A stretch of DNA of 64,000 nucleotides from Chrysemys picta bellii (lineage: Eukaryota), in assembly GCF_011386835.1 (NCBI RefSeq), contig NC_088797.1:29636001-29700000 (forward strand). Direction: 5' to 3'. The notes beneath the pieces are model-generated. The model was not told the DNA's origin. It did not search any database and saw nothing but the letters and a program-made list of their open reading frames with translations. The translations under genes were made by a program, and so were the position numbers. Positions within the stretch are counted from its first letter, which is position 1; every line of letters begins with the position of its first letter. Positions 11,401-23,370 of the stretch are shown here, in pieces.

Positions 11401-14400
11401 AACACCGCTTGTACTAGGACAGAGGTGGGCAAACTTTTTGGCCTGAGGGCCACATTGGGTTTCATAAATTGTATGGAGGGAGGGTTAGGGAAGGGGGTCG
11501 TGGCCTGGCCCCCACCTCCTATCTGCCCCCCCCGGGACTCCTGCCCCATCCAACCCCCCATTCCCTGACGGCCCCCCCGGGACCCCTGCCCCATCCACAT
11601 ACCCCCGCTCCCTGTCCCCTGACCACCCCCGGAGCTCCGCTGCCCCATCCAACCCCTCCTTTCATTCCTGACAGCCCCCTGGGATCCCTGCCTCATCCAA
11701 CCACCCCTTCTCCTTGTCCCCTGACTGCCCCTGCCATCCCATCCAACCCCCACTCCTTCCTGACTGCCCCCCCGGGACCCCTGCCTCCATTCAACCCCAG
11801 TTCCCCCCTGACCCCTATCCACATCCCCACCCCCTGCCCACCACCCCGAACTCCCCTGCCCTCTATCCAACCCCCCTCACCCGGAGCTGGGCCACGCCAC
11901 CACTGCCACCACGCAGCACAGAGACCGGGTCAGGCCGGGCTCTGCAGCTGCGCTGCCCCAGGAGCTCACAGCCCTGCCGCCCAGAGCATTGGGCTGATGG
12001 CAGAACGAGCGAGCGAGCTGAGGCTGCGGGGGAGGGGGAACAGTGGAGGAGGGGCCGGGGCTAGCCTCCCGGGCCAGGAGCTTGGGCAGGACGGTCCCGC
12101 GGGCTGGATGTGTCCCGCAGGCCGTAGTTTGCCCACCTCTGTACTCGGATCATAGTTCATGCGGATAGAACCCAAGAGTCCTGGCTCCCAGCCATCCCCC
12201 ATCCTGCTCTGACCCACTAGCCCTCCTCCCCTCCCAGAGGTAGGGATAGAACCAGGAGACCTGGCTCCCAGTCCCTCCCATCGCCCCAGTCTAAGACCAC
12301 TCCCTCCCAGAGCTCGGACAGAACCCAGGAGTTCTGACTCCCATCCTCCTCCCGCCACTTGAACCACTAGATGAGCTGCCTCTGATTCTCTGTCTAACCT
12401 GTTGTTGTAATTAGCCACCAGCCAGGGCAATGAAACCTACAGGATGATGAACCAAGCCTGTCTGAGAGGGAGATCCCCCAGGATTGGCCGGAGCACAAGG
12501 CGGCAATTGGGGTTTCAGGAGTGGGAGCTGGGCACCACAGCACTCCCAAGGATACATATAATGACAGGGACGGCAGCGGCCACCTTCCCAATCTCCTCAT
12601 CCGTCTGCATGATCTTCTTGATCCGGGCCTGGAGGGGAGACGAGAGGAAATAGTTAATATCAGGGGTGGGGTGTTATGAACTGCCCCCAGGGCCCCACCC
12701 TCCTATCAACAGTCAGTGCCAGGAACATGGCTATGTGGACCAGAGAGAGCGCCCCCTAGAGGGGAAAGGCACCTTAACTCATTTCCCTGAACCAGCCAGT
12801 CTCCTGCCCTAACAGCAAAAGGCCCCAGATCCCATTCCATGCCCCTTGGAACCAGCCAGTCCCTGACCTAGGGCTGGATCGAGGTTTGTTGCATGGGTTG
12901 GTTCCTGAGTTAGAGTTGTTATGGTGCGGTGTGTGGTTGCTGGTGAGAATATGCTTAAGGTTGGCGGGCAGCTTCCACCCCGGACACACCACACGATCCA
13001 TCGTCTACAGCCAAGCGCTGAGGTACAACCGCATCTGCTCCAACCCCTCAGACAGAGACCAACACCTACAAGATCTTCACCAAGCATTCTCAAAACTACG
13101 ATACCCACACAAGGAAATAAAGAAACAAATCAACAGAGCCAGACGTGTACCCAGAAACCTCCTGCTACAAGACAGGCCCAAAAAAGAAACCAACAGAACT
13201 CCACTGGCCATCACCTACAGTCCTCAGCTTAAACCTCTCCAACGCATCATCAGTGATCTACAACCCATCCTGGACAATGATCCCTCACTTTCACAGACCT
13301 TGAGAGGTAGGCCAGTCCTCGCCCACAGACAACCCGCCAACCTTAAGCATATTCTCACCAGCAACCACACACCGCACCATAACAACTCTAACTCAGGAAC
13401 CAACCCATGCAACAAACCTTGATGCCAACTCTGCCCACATATCTACACCAGCAACACCATCACAGGACCTAACCAGGTCAGCTACAACATCACCGGCTCA
13501 TTCACCTGTATGTCCACCAATGTTATATATGCCATCATGTGCCAGCAATGCCCCTCTGCTATGTACATTGGCCAAACTGGACAGTCACTACACAAGAGGA
13601 TAAATGGACACAAGTCAGATATCAGGAATGGCAATATACAAAAACCTGTAGGAGAACACTTCAACCTCCCTGGCCACACAATAGCAGATGTAAAGGTAGC
13701 CATCTTACAGCAAAAAAACTTCAGGACCAGACTCCAAAAAGAAACTGCTGAGCTCCAGTTCATTTGCAAATTTGACACCATCAGATCAGGATTAAACAAA
13801 GACTGTGAATGGCTATCCAACTGCAGAAGCAGTTTCTCTTCCCTTGGTGTTCACACCTCAACTGCTAGCAGAGGACCTCACCCTCCCTGATTGAACTAAC
13901 CTCCTTATCTCCATACTGATTTATACCTGCCTCTGGAAATTTTCATTACTTGCATCTGAAGAAGTGAAGTTCTTACCCACGAAAGCTTATGCTCCCAATA
14001 CTTCTGTTAGTCTTAAAGGTGCCACAGGACCCTCTGTTGCTTTTTTCAAGAGACATGTCTTGCCCAAAGTCACAGAGGGAATATATAGCACAGCCAGGCA
14101 CTGAACACAGATCTCCAGCCCATCCAGTCCCAGTCTTAACCACAAAGTCTGAACCGTAGCTTTGGGAACTGAAGGGGGATGGGGGCTAGATTCAGTGCTG
14201 CCAACTCTCATGATCTTACCATCAATTTCACAGTATAAATCCCCAGCTTGTTGACTCAAGAGATTCAGGGAGAATCACAGCTTTTATTTAAAGCTTATCA
14301 TCTTGACCCTTAAAAGCTCCTCCCCAGAGCAAAAGGCAAACAAAATACACCCCCCCATTGATTTTTTTTAATCATGTTTTTTAAGGGCCTGATCCCAGAT

Positions 14401-16582
14401 TTTTAATCATTTGAGGATGGCAAAGCAGATTTCAGTCATTTGGTGGGGGGGAGGCATCAGGGACCCCAACCCAGGAAAGGAGGAAATGAAACTGACAGGG
14501 AAGAGAAGTTGAAACTGACCAGGCTGCTTTCAGCTCCCATCCTACCCCAATGCTGAATATGTGACCGAGATAGAAAAGGAGTGCTTTGTGGTGTGAGTAG
14601 GCCCCACTGAATCCCAGGGAAAAAGGAGGCCTATAAACAGTAAATCTATCCACTTCTTCCACAGTGGCAGCCCCCTCCTGCCATTCCAATAAGAACCTTT
14701 CCCACTTTTGACTGAGGTCCTCCACCCTACAGTAGAGTCCCCGGGGAGGCGAGTCCGGAATGAACCCATTTTATGGAAAGGGGAGCAGAGGGAAGTGTCC
14801 CTTCCACCCTTACTAGGACAGCACACATGGCAGTGCTTGGGTTAGAACCCAGGAGTCCTGGCTCCCGTGCAACCCGCCTTCCCCCCGACCCCTCTGGCCA
14901 CGCTGTAACCCACTAGACCCTACTCGCCACCCAGAACCAGGGATAGAACCCAGGAATCCTAAGGCAGACCACAGTCTCACTGGACAAGATAGTCTGAACT
15001 GCACACATTCCCCCATTGGCCCACCAGAGATGGTGTCCCAAAGGATAGGTGTGGGGAATTCATCATCCTTTGGGGGAGTGGGAAAAGAGAGCCTTTGGGT
15101 GAGGGAGGCAGTTCAATATAGTTAGGGGGTGTTCATGAAGAGCCAGACCCCTATATGGATTGGGTGCACTGACCAGAGAGGTCATGGGAGGGGAGATGAG
15201 ACTTCATCAGGGAGGGGGTTGCCAGAGGATCCCTGAAGAGGTGGGAGATCAACATAATGAGGCCAGATCATAGGGGGAAGGGTCTTCAGGGGGAAGGGGC
15301 ATCCTTGTGGGGATTAGCAGTGGGTGGTATGGGGAGGAATCCCTATATGGGGCTGTGGGGATCCCTGTAGGGGGAAGACTGTAGCAGGAACATCCTTATG
15401 GGACAGCAGGGGAGTCCTATATAGGAGGCACACACTATAGGGAGAAGTGGAGAGTCCAAGTATGTCTCTGAAGTGCACAGGGGACCCTATAAAAGAGGAG
15501 GCAGCAGAAGCATCCCTATGGGGGAAGGAGACAATGTTGGACTGGGGCCAGTAAAGGGAGGAAGAGGAAAACTGGGCCTGGGGGGATAGGTCCAGGCTTT
15601 GGAAAAAAGAGGCTGGTGGGCTGGACTTGCTGGGAAAGGAGTGAGCTAGGCCAGACCTGGTGTGGGGGAGGATGCGGGGTTCACAGGGGCTCAGGCTGAC
15701 CCAGCGGTGTGGGGAGAGCGTCTTATGGGGTGTTGGGGGCTAGGCTGGGCCAGAAGGATTGGAACAGGGGCATGAGTATGAGGATTGCCCACGAGTGGGC
15801 TAGACCGGCCCAGGGGTGCCATGCTGGACCAGAGAGGTTGGCTTAAGGGTGCCAGGGGTTGCTAGGCCAGCCTGGGGAGATGGGGTTAAGGGGTGCCTGT
15901 GGGTGGGCTAGGCCGGCCCAGGGGGAGGGTCAGGTTAGGGGTGCCAGGGTGTGTGTGTCAGATTAGGGGTGCTGTGGGGGGGTGCACTAGGTCGGGAGCA
16001 GGTTGGGTTAGGGGTGCTGGGGGGGCGCTAGGACGGACCAGGGGGTGTGGTTGGGGGTGCCAGGGAGAGCTAGGCTGGCCTGGGGGGGGGGGTCGGGTTG
16101 GGGGTGCTGGGGTTGGGGAGCTTGGCCGGTCCAAGGGCTGGGGGGATCAGGGGGCACTAGGCCAGCCCAGGGAGACGGTGTTAAGGGGTGCCTGTGGGTA
16201 GGTTAGGCCAGCCCCGGGGGTTGGGTTAGGGATGCCGGGGAGCTAGGCCGTCCCGGGGGCTGGGGTTAGGGTGCTGGGGGGGGGAGCGCTAGGCCCGGGG
16301 AGGTGGGGTTGGGGGTACCGGGGGGGGGGCACTAGGCCGGCCCGGGGGTTGGCTGTGCTGGGGCGCTAGGCCGGCCCGGGGGGGGTCGGGCTGGGGTGCT
16401 GAGGAGCTAGGCCGGGGTGGGGGTGCCGGGGTCGCTAGGCCGGCCCGGGGGGGTGCCGGGGGGGGACTAGGCCGGCCCGGGGGCTGGGGGTGCCAGCCGG
16501 GGGCTGGGGGTGCCAGCCGGGGGCTCGGACCCGCACTCACCGGCGGGAAGCGCGCGTTGTATTTCTTTTTTTTGCTCGGCAT
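8460..16582 (-). CDS. DRAP1: Dr1-associated corepressor (NC2 alpha), 7 coding exons, 219 aa
   Basis: Exons 16582-16541, 12628-12556, 11352-11259, 10755-10636, 9672-9582, 9155-9070, 8613-8460 (660 nt, phases consistent). Protein [50 protein letters not shown]...[17 protein letters not shown]...DEEEEDYDS: histone fold plus acidic tail of DRAP1. Confidence 0.96.
9699..9737 (+). ncRNA. Minimal type-I hammerhead ribozyme motif (PLE-associated), copy 1
   Basis: CAT / CTGAAGA / A / GTGAG-GTTCTTA-CCCAC (stem II) / GAAA / GC / TT / ATG. Core CUGANGA and GAAA boxes, 3-bp stem I, palindromic AAGCTT stem III. Activity untested. Confidence 0.7.
9699..9823 (+). mobile_element. Penelope-like element pLTR/3-prime fragment in DRAP1 intron 4
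   Basis: Near-identical to the end of the PLE at 13953-14046 (catctgaagaagtgaggttcttacccacgaaagcttatgctccc...aaggtgccacaggaccctctgttgc). Confidence 0.85.
11420..12141. mobile_element. hAT non-autonomous element in DRAP1 intron 2
   Basis: 16-bp perfect TIR CAGAGGTGGGCAAACT...AGTTTGCCCACCTCTG; TSD TACTAGGA/TACTCGGA (7 of 8). Confidence 0.88.
12876..14046 (+). mobile_element. 5-prime-truncated Penelope-like retroelement: RT thumb, GIY-YIG endonuclease, pLTR
   Basis: Frame ~12970-13890: [15 protein letters not shown] (RT C-terminus), a single TGA at 13420-13422, then CQLCPH and [19 protein letters not shown]...[10 protein letters not shown]...GEHF...ETAE (GIY-YIG), followed by the pLTR. Confidence 0.92.
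13953..13991 (+). ncRNA. Minimal type-I hammerhead ribozyme motif (PLE-associated), copy 2
   Basis: CAT CTGAAGA A GTGAAGTTCTTACCCAC GAAA GC TT ATG. Same core as copy 1, but stem II reduced to about 3 firm pairs. Confidence 0.6.
15880..16530. repeat. G-rich degenerate tandem repeat (CTAGGCCGGCCCGGGGG-like unit) at the 5-prime end of DRAP1 intron 1
   Basis: Roughly 15-20 recurrences of CTAGG(C/A)C followed by G-runs, with variable spacing. Confidence 0.75.
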
Positions 16583-18290
16583 CGCGGGGCTCAGGCTCAG
16601 TCTCCAGCAGCGGCAGCAGCGACCCCAGCCCGCCCCGCCGCGCTCCGCCCCGCCGGCTCCCGGCGTCGCCCGCCGCCACACCGGCCGCCTGGGTCCTAGC
16701 GCCACCGGAACATGCCAGCGCCGGGCTGACTCCATCCATTGCCCTTCCCCCCTGACTCCTCCCTTTTCCAGCCCCCTCCCCCCGCGCGCTGGGACCCCCC
16801 TCGCCCTTAGCACAGGTGCCCCCCTGTGACTTTCCGTCCCCCGCCCCCGATCTCCCCCTCCCACCGCATTTCTCCGTTCTCACAGGACGGGGTCCTCCAA
16901 TGCCACCTCCAGTGTCTCCCCCCTGCCTCAGGGTCCCCCTTCCCGCAGTACCAGGACCTAGGGGCCCACAACTCTACTCTCTCTACCAGCCACCAGGACT
17001 GGTGTCCTCCATCTGCTATTCCGCCTCCTCTCTTCTCCCTCTTCCAGCCATCCCAGAGAAAGCAGATCTTACAGCCCCTCCTCCATGCCAAAGGGTCCTG
17101 GGGTCCCCCATCACCAGGCTATGGAGGCCCTCCAAAAGCCACCCAGTTCCTGAGACATGGGCTCCCTGGGATTGCTTGCTCCCCATCCCTGGAAGATGGA
17201 GGATCCATGGTGTCCCAGGTTGGCCCCCACCACCAGAGATGGGGGGGCTATGAAGTCTCTGTGCCCTCCCCACCTCCCTATGGAGGGTCTGAGGCAAGCC
17301 CCCTTTCCCTGAGCAGGTAGATTGAGTTCCACAGATCGCTATCCATGGGTCTGAGGTTCTCCTGGAACACTAAGGATGGCAGAGGGACTTTGCTTTTGCA
17401 CTGATGTACGTAAGAACGGCCACACTGGGTCAGACCAAAGGTATCTTGTCTTCCAACAGTGGCCAACGCCAGATGCCCCAGAGGGAATGTCTTTGGCTCT
17501 TTCCCCCTCTCTCAGCCACGTGCCCTACCCCGCTACATCTCAGTGCTGGGCAAGGGAGCCCTGTATAAACAGCCTGTGTCCCATCCCAGAGGTGGCTGCA
17601 CCGGGTGAGGAGTCCCTGTATAATGGCCCCAGTGGGGGTTTAACACCCATTACTCCCACAGAACACCGCTCAGGGTCAGGCTATGAGCCTGCCATTGGCT
17701 TGGGGCCCTCTGCGATGCCTTGCTCGCCTTTCCGCCATGGGCCACTAAACCCAGCTGCGGTGTCTTGGCCGCAGTCCAGCCCCACGAGCCTGCGCACGCA
17801 CAGGGACCGCGGAGCGCGCTGGAGTCACAGCCACAAACTGCTGGGCGGGGGGAGGGGCTCAGGCTGGAGCGGATTGGTTGTTGTAGCCCCGCCCCCAGCC
17901 CCAGAGAATCCTCTTCCGTACGCTAGCCCCCGCCCACTCTCTGATTAGCCCCTCCTATACCACCGTACCACATCCGGGTCTCTCACTTCATCCCTCCCGG
18001 CTCCGCGTTTCCCCATCCGGGTTAGGCCGAGGCCCCGCCCCCGTGGCCGTTACCCCCGTGTGAGGCGGAGCGGGGGGGCTGCAGTATGGGGGCGGTCGGG
18101 AGCTGAGCGTGGGAAGGGGCCGGTGAGGCTTAGCCCTGGCGGGCGCTTGCGAAACTGTCTCGGGAGGGGCCCAGCGGCGCTGCGTGGGGAGGAGGGGGCC
18201 TGGCGGGCGCGCCGGAGGGGTGTCCCCTGCCGCCGTGTGCAGCCCTGGAGGTGCCCGCGGGCTTTGCTCCGCGTTCGCTCAGAGTGAGAG
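16541..18290. promoter_or_regulatory. Divergent DRAP1 / C11orf68 promoter region with two CpG-rich segments
   Basis: CpG-rich ~16490-16850 and ~17790-18290; GC boxes (GCCCCGCCC ~17886, ~17927, ~18031) and a reverse CCAAT (GATTGG ~17872). Candidate C11orf68 exon-1 donor CCG|GTGAGG at 18122/18123. Confidence 0.65.
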
Positions 18291-18292
18291 GG

Positions 18293-18610
18293 GGGCAGGA
18301 CTCCTGGGTTCTTCCTAGCTTTTGGGGGGAGGGAGTGAGCTCTGGTGGGTTAGAATGGGGGGGGGCAGGACTCCTGGGTTCTTCCTAGCTTTTGGGGGGA
18401 GGGAGTGGGCTCTGGTGGGTTAGAATGGGGGGGCACGACTCCTGGGTTCTCTTCCCAGCTTTTGGGGGGAGGGAGTGGGCTCTGGTAGGTTAGAATGGGG
18501 GGGGCAGGACTCCTGGGTTCCCTTCCCAGCTTTTGGGGGGAGGGAGTGGGCTCTGGTGGGTTAGAATGGGTGGGAGGGAAGCAGGACTCCTGGGTTCTCT
18601 TCCCAGCTCT
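18293..18610 (+). repeat. Tandem array (~5 x ~70 bp) of a MIR/CORE-SINE-like head
   Basis: GGACTCCTGGGTTC recurs at ~18298, 18368, 18436, 18507 and 18584, each followed by (G)nAGGGAGTGGGCTCTGGTGGGTTAGAATGG. Confidence 0.8.
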
Positions 18611-19671
18611 GCTTCAGAGCTGCTGGGTGGGTGAATCCCTTTCAGCATTTCAGTTTATCCCATCTGTAATAAAGAGGTTAATGATACTAACTCCCACTGT
18701 CTCTCCTTAAAGCCCCTTGAGGTGGGACATATCTCATTCTGTACCACCAGCAGCATCTCTTGAGGGGAGAAGAGTCATAATCCTCAAGTTGACACTGTGC
18801 TATGACAATCTAGGGATCTTCAGGGTGGGCGAGAATCGCTAAGTGGTACGGGACAAGCCAATTCAAGCGTTCTTGGCCTGACAAAGGAATGGATGTTGCT
18901 AGCCTCAGTACATGAAGTGTTTGTGTCATGCCCCCTGCCTTTCCCACTGTGCTGTGTGGGGAAGGGTCCCAGTGGGGAAGTGGCTGAGTGCAGCTGATCT
19001 AGGACAAGTTTAAAAGACACAGTGGGGGATCTGGAGCTTATACCCTGTTGGCATAGTAGTGTTTCTAACTGAGCTGTACAGATCATTTAGTGTGCTCTGC
19101 TCTCTGTCCTCCACGGTGAGCCATGATTTTTCTTTAATAGGAAAGTTGAAGCAGCATCTTTGTGGGGCATGTACAGCAGGCAGCCTGCCAAGCACTGCTA
19201 CACAGGTCCTCAGTTGCATTTCCAGGTGGCCTTTACATTAGTGTTGCTCGTTACAAGCCCTTGATTGCTCGTCCTGCATTTGGATACCCATCCTGCATTG
19301 TGTTCACTTCCCCAGCAGCCCACGAACACAGGTAAATTATTCTGGTTCATGGATGGGAACTAATGGGGTGTCTCAATTAACAGTGGGCAAGGAGCCTCTG
19401 GGATGGGTTATAGGGGACAGTCCTGCTGTGCGGGGATGGGAGCTAATGGGGGTCTCCATCCATAGTGGGCAGAGTCCTGAAGGAGATCGGGGGTACTAAT
19501 GGGAGTGGGGGAATCTCTATTCATACTGGGCAGTGTCCTGGGGGATGGACTCTAGGGGTTGATTTTGGCCAAGGTCCTGCTGTGAAGATTGGGCTAGATG
19601 GTACATCATCGTGTTGCTTCCAATCTCCCTGACCCTTCCATCCTAGGTTCCATCCTTCCACCAGCCAGTGA

Positions 19672-20415
<744 letters not shown>

Positions 20416-21848
20416 ACTGGGCCCCGCTCCCCAGCTGGCAGTTCCTCCTTTCCCCTCTCCAACAGCTGGCACCAATGCCTCCCAACTGTGCTCTGAAACT
20501 AATTACATTTTGATTGGTCTGTTTGGTGTGGCCTGCACTTAATGTATATAGAACCTAGAGTGGATTGGAGGCCCCACGCAGACTACAAATCCCAGCATGC
20601 AATGCTCCACGCTTCTGTAACAGGCTCCCTCTTTCAAAGGACAGGTCCTCTGCTGGTAACTGCTACTAGCTGTGATCCTTCGGTCAGCAGGGAGGAGCAT
20701 TGGCTGCTGGGAGATGTAGTCTCTGCTGGTCACACCTCTGTTAAAGATGACAGTGGACTATCTTGCAGGATTCTCAGCCACGTTTGGCACACTCCTGCAT
20801 GATGCAGCACTGACCATGCCGCTAGCTGGCTCTATATTAATGAGGTTCTCCCTGTTTCCCTGGAAAGCCACCTCTGCTCCCCTGGGCTGCAGTCACTTTC
20901 ATAGAAGACTCAGGAGGTCCTTGCGACCAACTGGCACTGTCTCTTTAAATTCCCAAAGCCCCTGGGGTTTGCTGGTGCCACTCTGCATGCTTATTAACTC
21001 CTTCATGGTCTGTGTGTTAATATATAGCCGAGGGCTAGGGCTGTGGGTTCAACTCACCACTACTACCTTCCAGGGATATTTGTATGTTGAAAGTGCCACA
21101 GCTCCCAGTAGCCTGTCCTTTAGGAAAGCCCTTTCCCTGAGACACAGAGCTCACTTAGAGCTCAGAATTGCCTCCTCTACTGCTCATGCAGCAGCAGCTG
21201 GGTGATGTTTCCAACAGCCTTCTCAGTAACTAGTTCTCTCTCTAGCCATTGCAGCCCCTCATTGGTGGGGGAAAGGGTGCCACATGAAAGAAGTCACAGG
21301 TCTCTGCAGGGCCCATTAAGGTGTCTGAGGGTAACAGGAGCAGGGCCATGGCTCTTGGAAAACAGGAGGAAGTAGTAGGTGTCCACTGCCACCCCCACTA
21401 AGTACTGTAGATCCTTCACTGAGCCTGTTCCCCATACAGCTCTCAGAACATAGGGTCTGTGCACATACATCTCTGGCTCTTCCCACCCTGGAAAAGGGCT
21501 GTATGTCAAGTTCTCTGAAGGGCGTGGATTGTTTAACCCCCCTTTTGGGGACATTTAACAGTCAAAGGGGTTGTAGATACAGCACTGGAGCCCCTCTGCC
21601 TGCTTTAGGAACCATGAATAGCTGTTGTCTCCTTGCCCAGAGGCCTGCTCTGCTCTATGCAAAGGTTGTCTTTAAAATGCCTCTCCTGGGGCTTGAGCAT
21701 GTTGAATCCTGACCCTCACTGGTGGGGAAGGGAAAGCAGGAAGGAACCTCAGGGCTCCTGGGGATGACAGTGGAGCAAGGGGGTTGTATCTTTCCTGCAG
21801 GGTGTTTCTGCCAGCTGTTCAATGGGTGTTTGAGATGTAAACAGGATT

Positions 21849-21854
21849 AATAAA
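21849..21854 (+). terminator. Candidate C11orf68 polyadenylation signal (AATAAA)
   Basis: First canonical plus-strand hexamer I found after the stop (~1.4-kb 3-prime UTR). Confidence 0.55.
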
Positions 21855-22789
21855 AACAACTCCTCTCCAGTGAATGGGGTTCTATTTCTTGGGGTGAGGA
21901 GGCCACAACACCCTGGTGGGGCAGGTCCAATGCCAGCTGGGTGGCCCAAGCACTGTTAACATCCCCCCTTCTGTGCAAAGGGAGGGGCATGTCCTGTGTC
22001 CCTGCAAGTAGCTGCCCTCCTGCTGGGGAGAGATTGGGGGGAGGAGGGCCTTGCTGTGGGACACATGAAAGCTCTTCTCACACAATCCTGGCCTCTTGCT
22101 TGATGACTGGAGTTAAGGCAGCCTGGAGCAGAGATGCCTCTGCAGGATAATGGGGGGTGAGGGAGGGGAAACAAATAGCAGAGGGTGCATGTGGGTGGGA
22201 GAGGGCACGGAGTGTAATATACAGGCTGTGGATTAGCCAGCAGGGGGCACCACCAGCACCCAAAATGATGGGCTGGAAGAGGGAGGAGCATAAGCTGACA
22301 CCTAGTGGCTGGGAACTCCCTTTAGCTACAACCCTGGATGGTGTGTTTGCATCCCTGCTCCCCAGCCGTCCTCACTTCTGGCCCCAGCTACAGCTGGGAC
22401 TAGAACCCAGGAGCCTTGATCCCCAATCCCACCCCATCCTCTGAACAGGTAATGGCACATCTAAGATGGCCTAATTGAAGCAGGGAGAGGAAACGGGGAT
22501 CCCTGTAGTTTCTTACTGGGACTTCAGCTTTAAGCTCAACACTGGGCCAAGAGCCATCTCTGAATTCCTGGGGTCTAGAAGCTGGGGAAGAGACCCCCAC
22601 CCCAACCCCAACCCCAAAAACAGACAGCCCAGCATCTCCTCCCCCTGAGCCACCAGTGGATCCATTCCCTTACGTTCTTTATAACCCACAGTGGACCTGG
22701 GACATATTCCTGCTGCCTTGTCCTCTGCTCGCTCTTTGGCTAGTTGATGAGAAAAAAAAGCTGGAGTGGTGGATTTCTACTTGATGATT

Positions 22790-23370
22790 CATAGAGTTCA
22801 AGGCCAGAAGGGACCAATAGATCATCCAGGCTGATGCTCTTGACTATCACAAGCCATTCAGTTCCACCCTCTTACCTCTGTATTGACTCCAGTGATTTGA
22901 GTTAGACCAAAGCATTTCAGTCCTCAGGAGACTAATCTGTTGTGAGCCCTGGGCAGAGAATGGTCCCCAAGGCCCTTGCGATGGCAGGGAATTGATGTGA
23001 CAGATGCCCAGATGATCCTAGCAGGTGATCCATGCCACAGAGGAAGGTGAAAACCCCAAGGTCCCTGCCAATCTGACCTGGGGAAAATTCCTTCCCAGCC
23101 CTCAATCTTGTGATCAGCTGGACCCTGCACATCTGGGCAAGACCCACCACCCAGGCAGCTTTGCTTTTGAATGCCTGGTTGGATGCCCCTGGAATATGGG
23201 AACTCCCACTGAATTTTACTGCAGAATTGAAGGGGGTGGAAAAACACTCTGTGGAAGGAAGGTTGGGAGCGTTCATCTTCAAGAGGGGAGAAAAGGATAT
23301 AAAATTATGGGAGAGGTGGCAGTGTGGGCACTTTGGTTTGCTCTGCCTTGTGGCCCAAAGACCTAACTGA
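22790..23370 (-). mobile_element. CR1-type LINE 3-prime end fragment
   Basis: Begins catagagttcaaggccagaagggaccaatagatcatccagg, the reverse complement of a CR1-like tail; similar starts at 41305 and 40620. Boundaries approximate. Confidence 0.5.
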
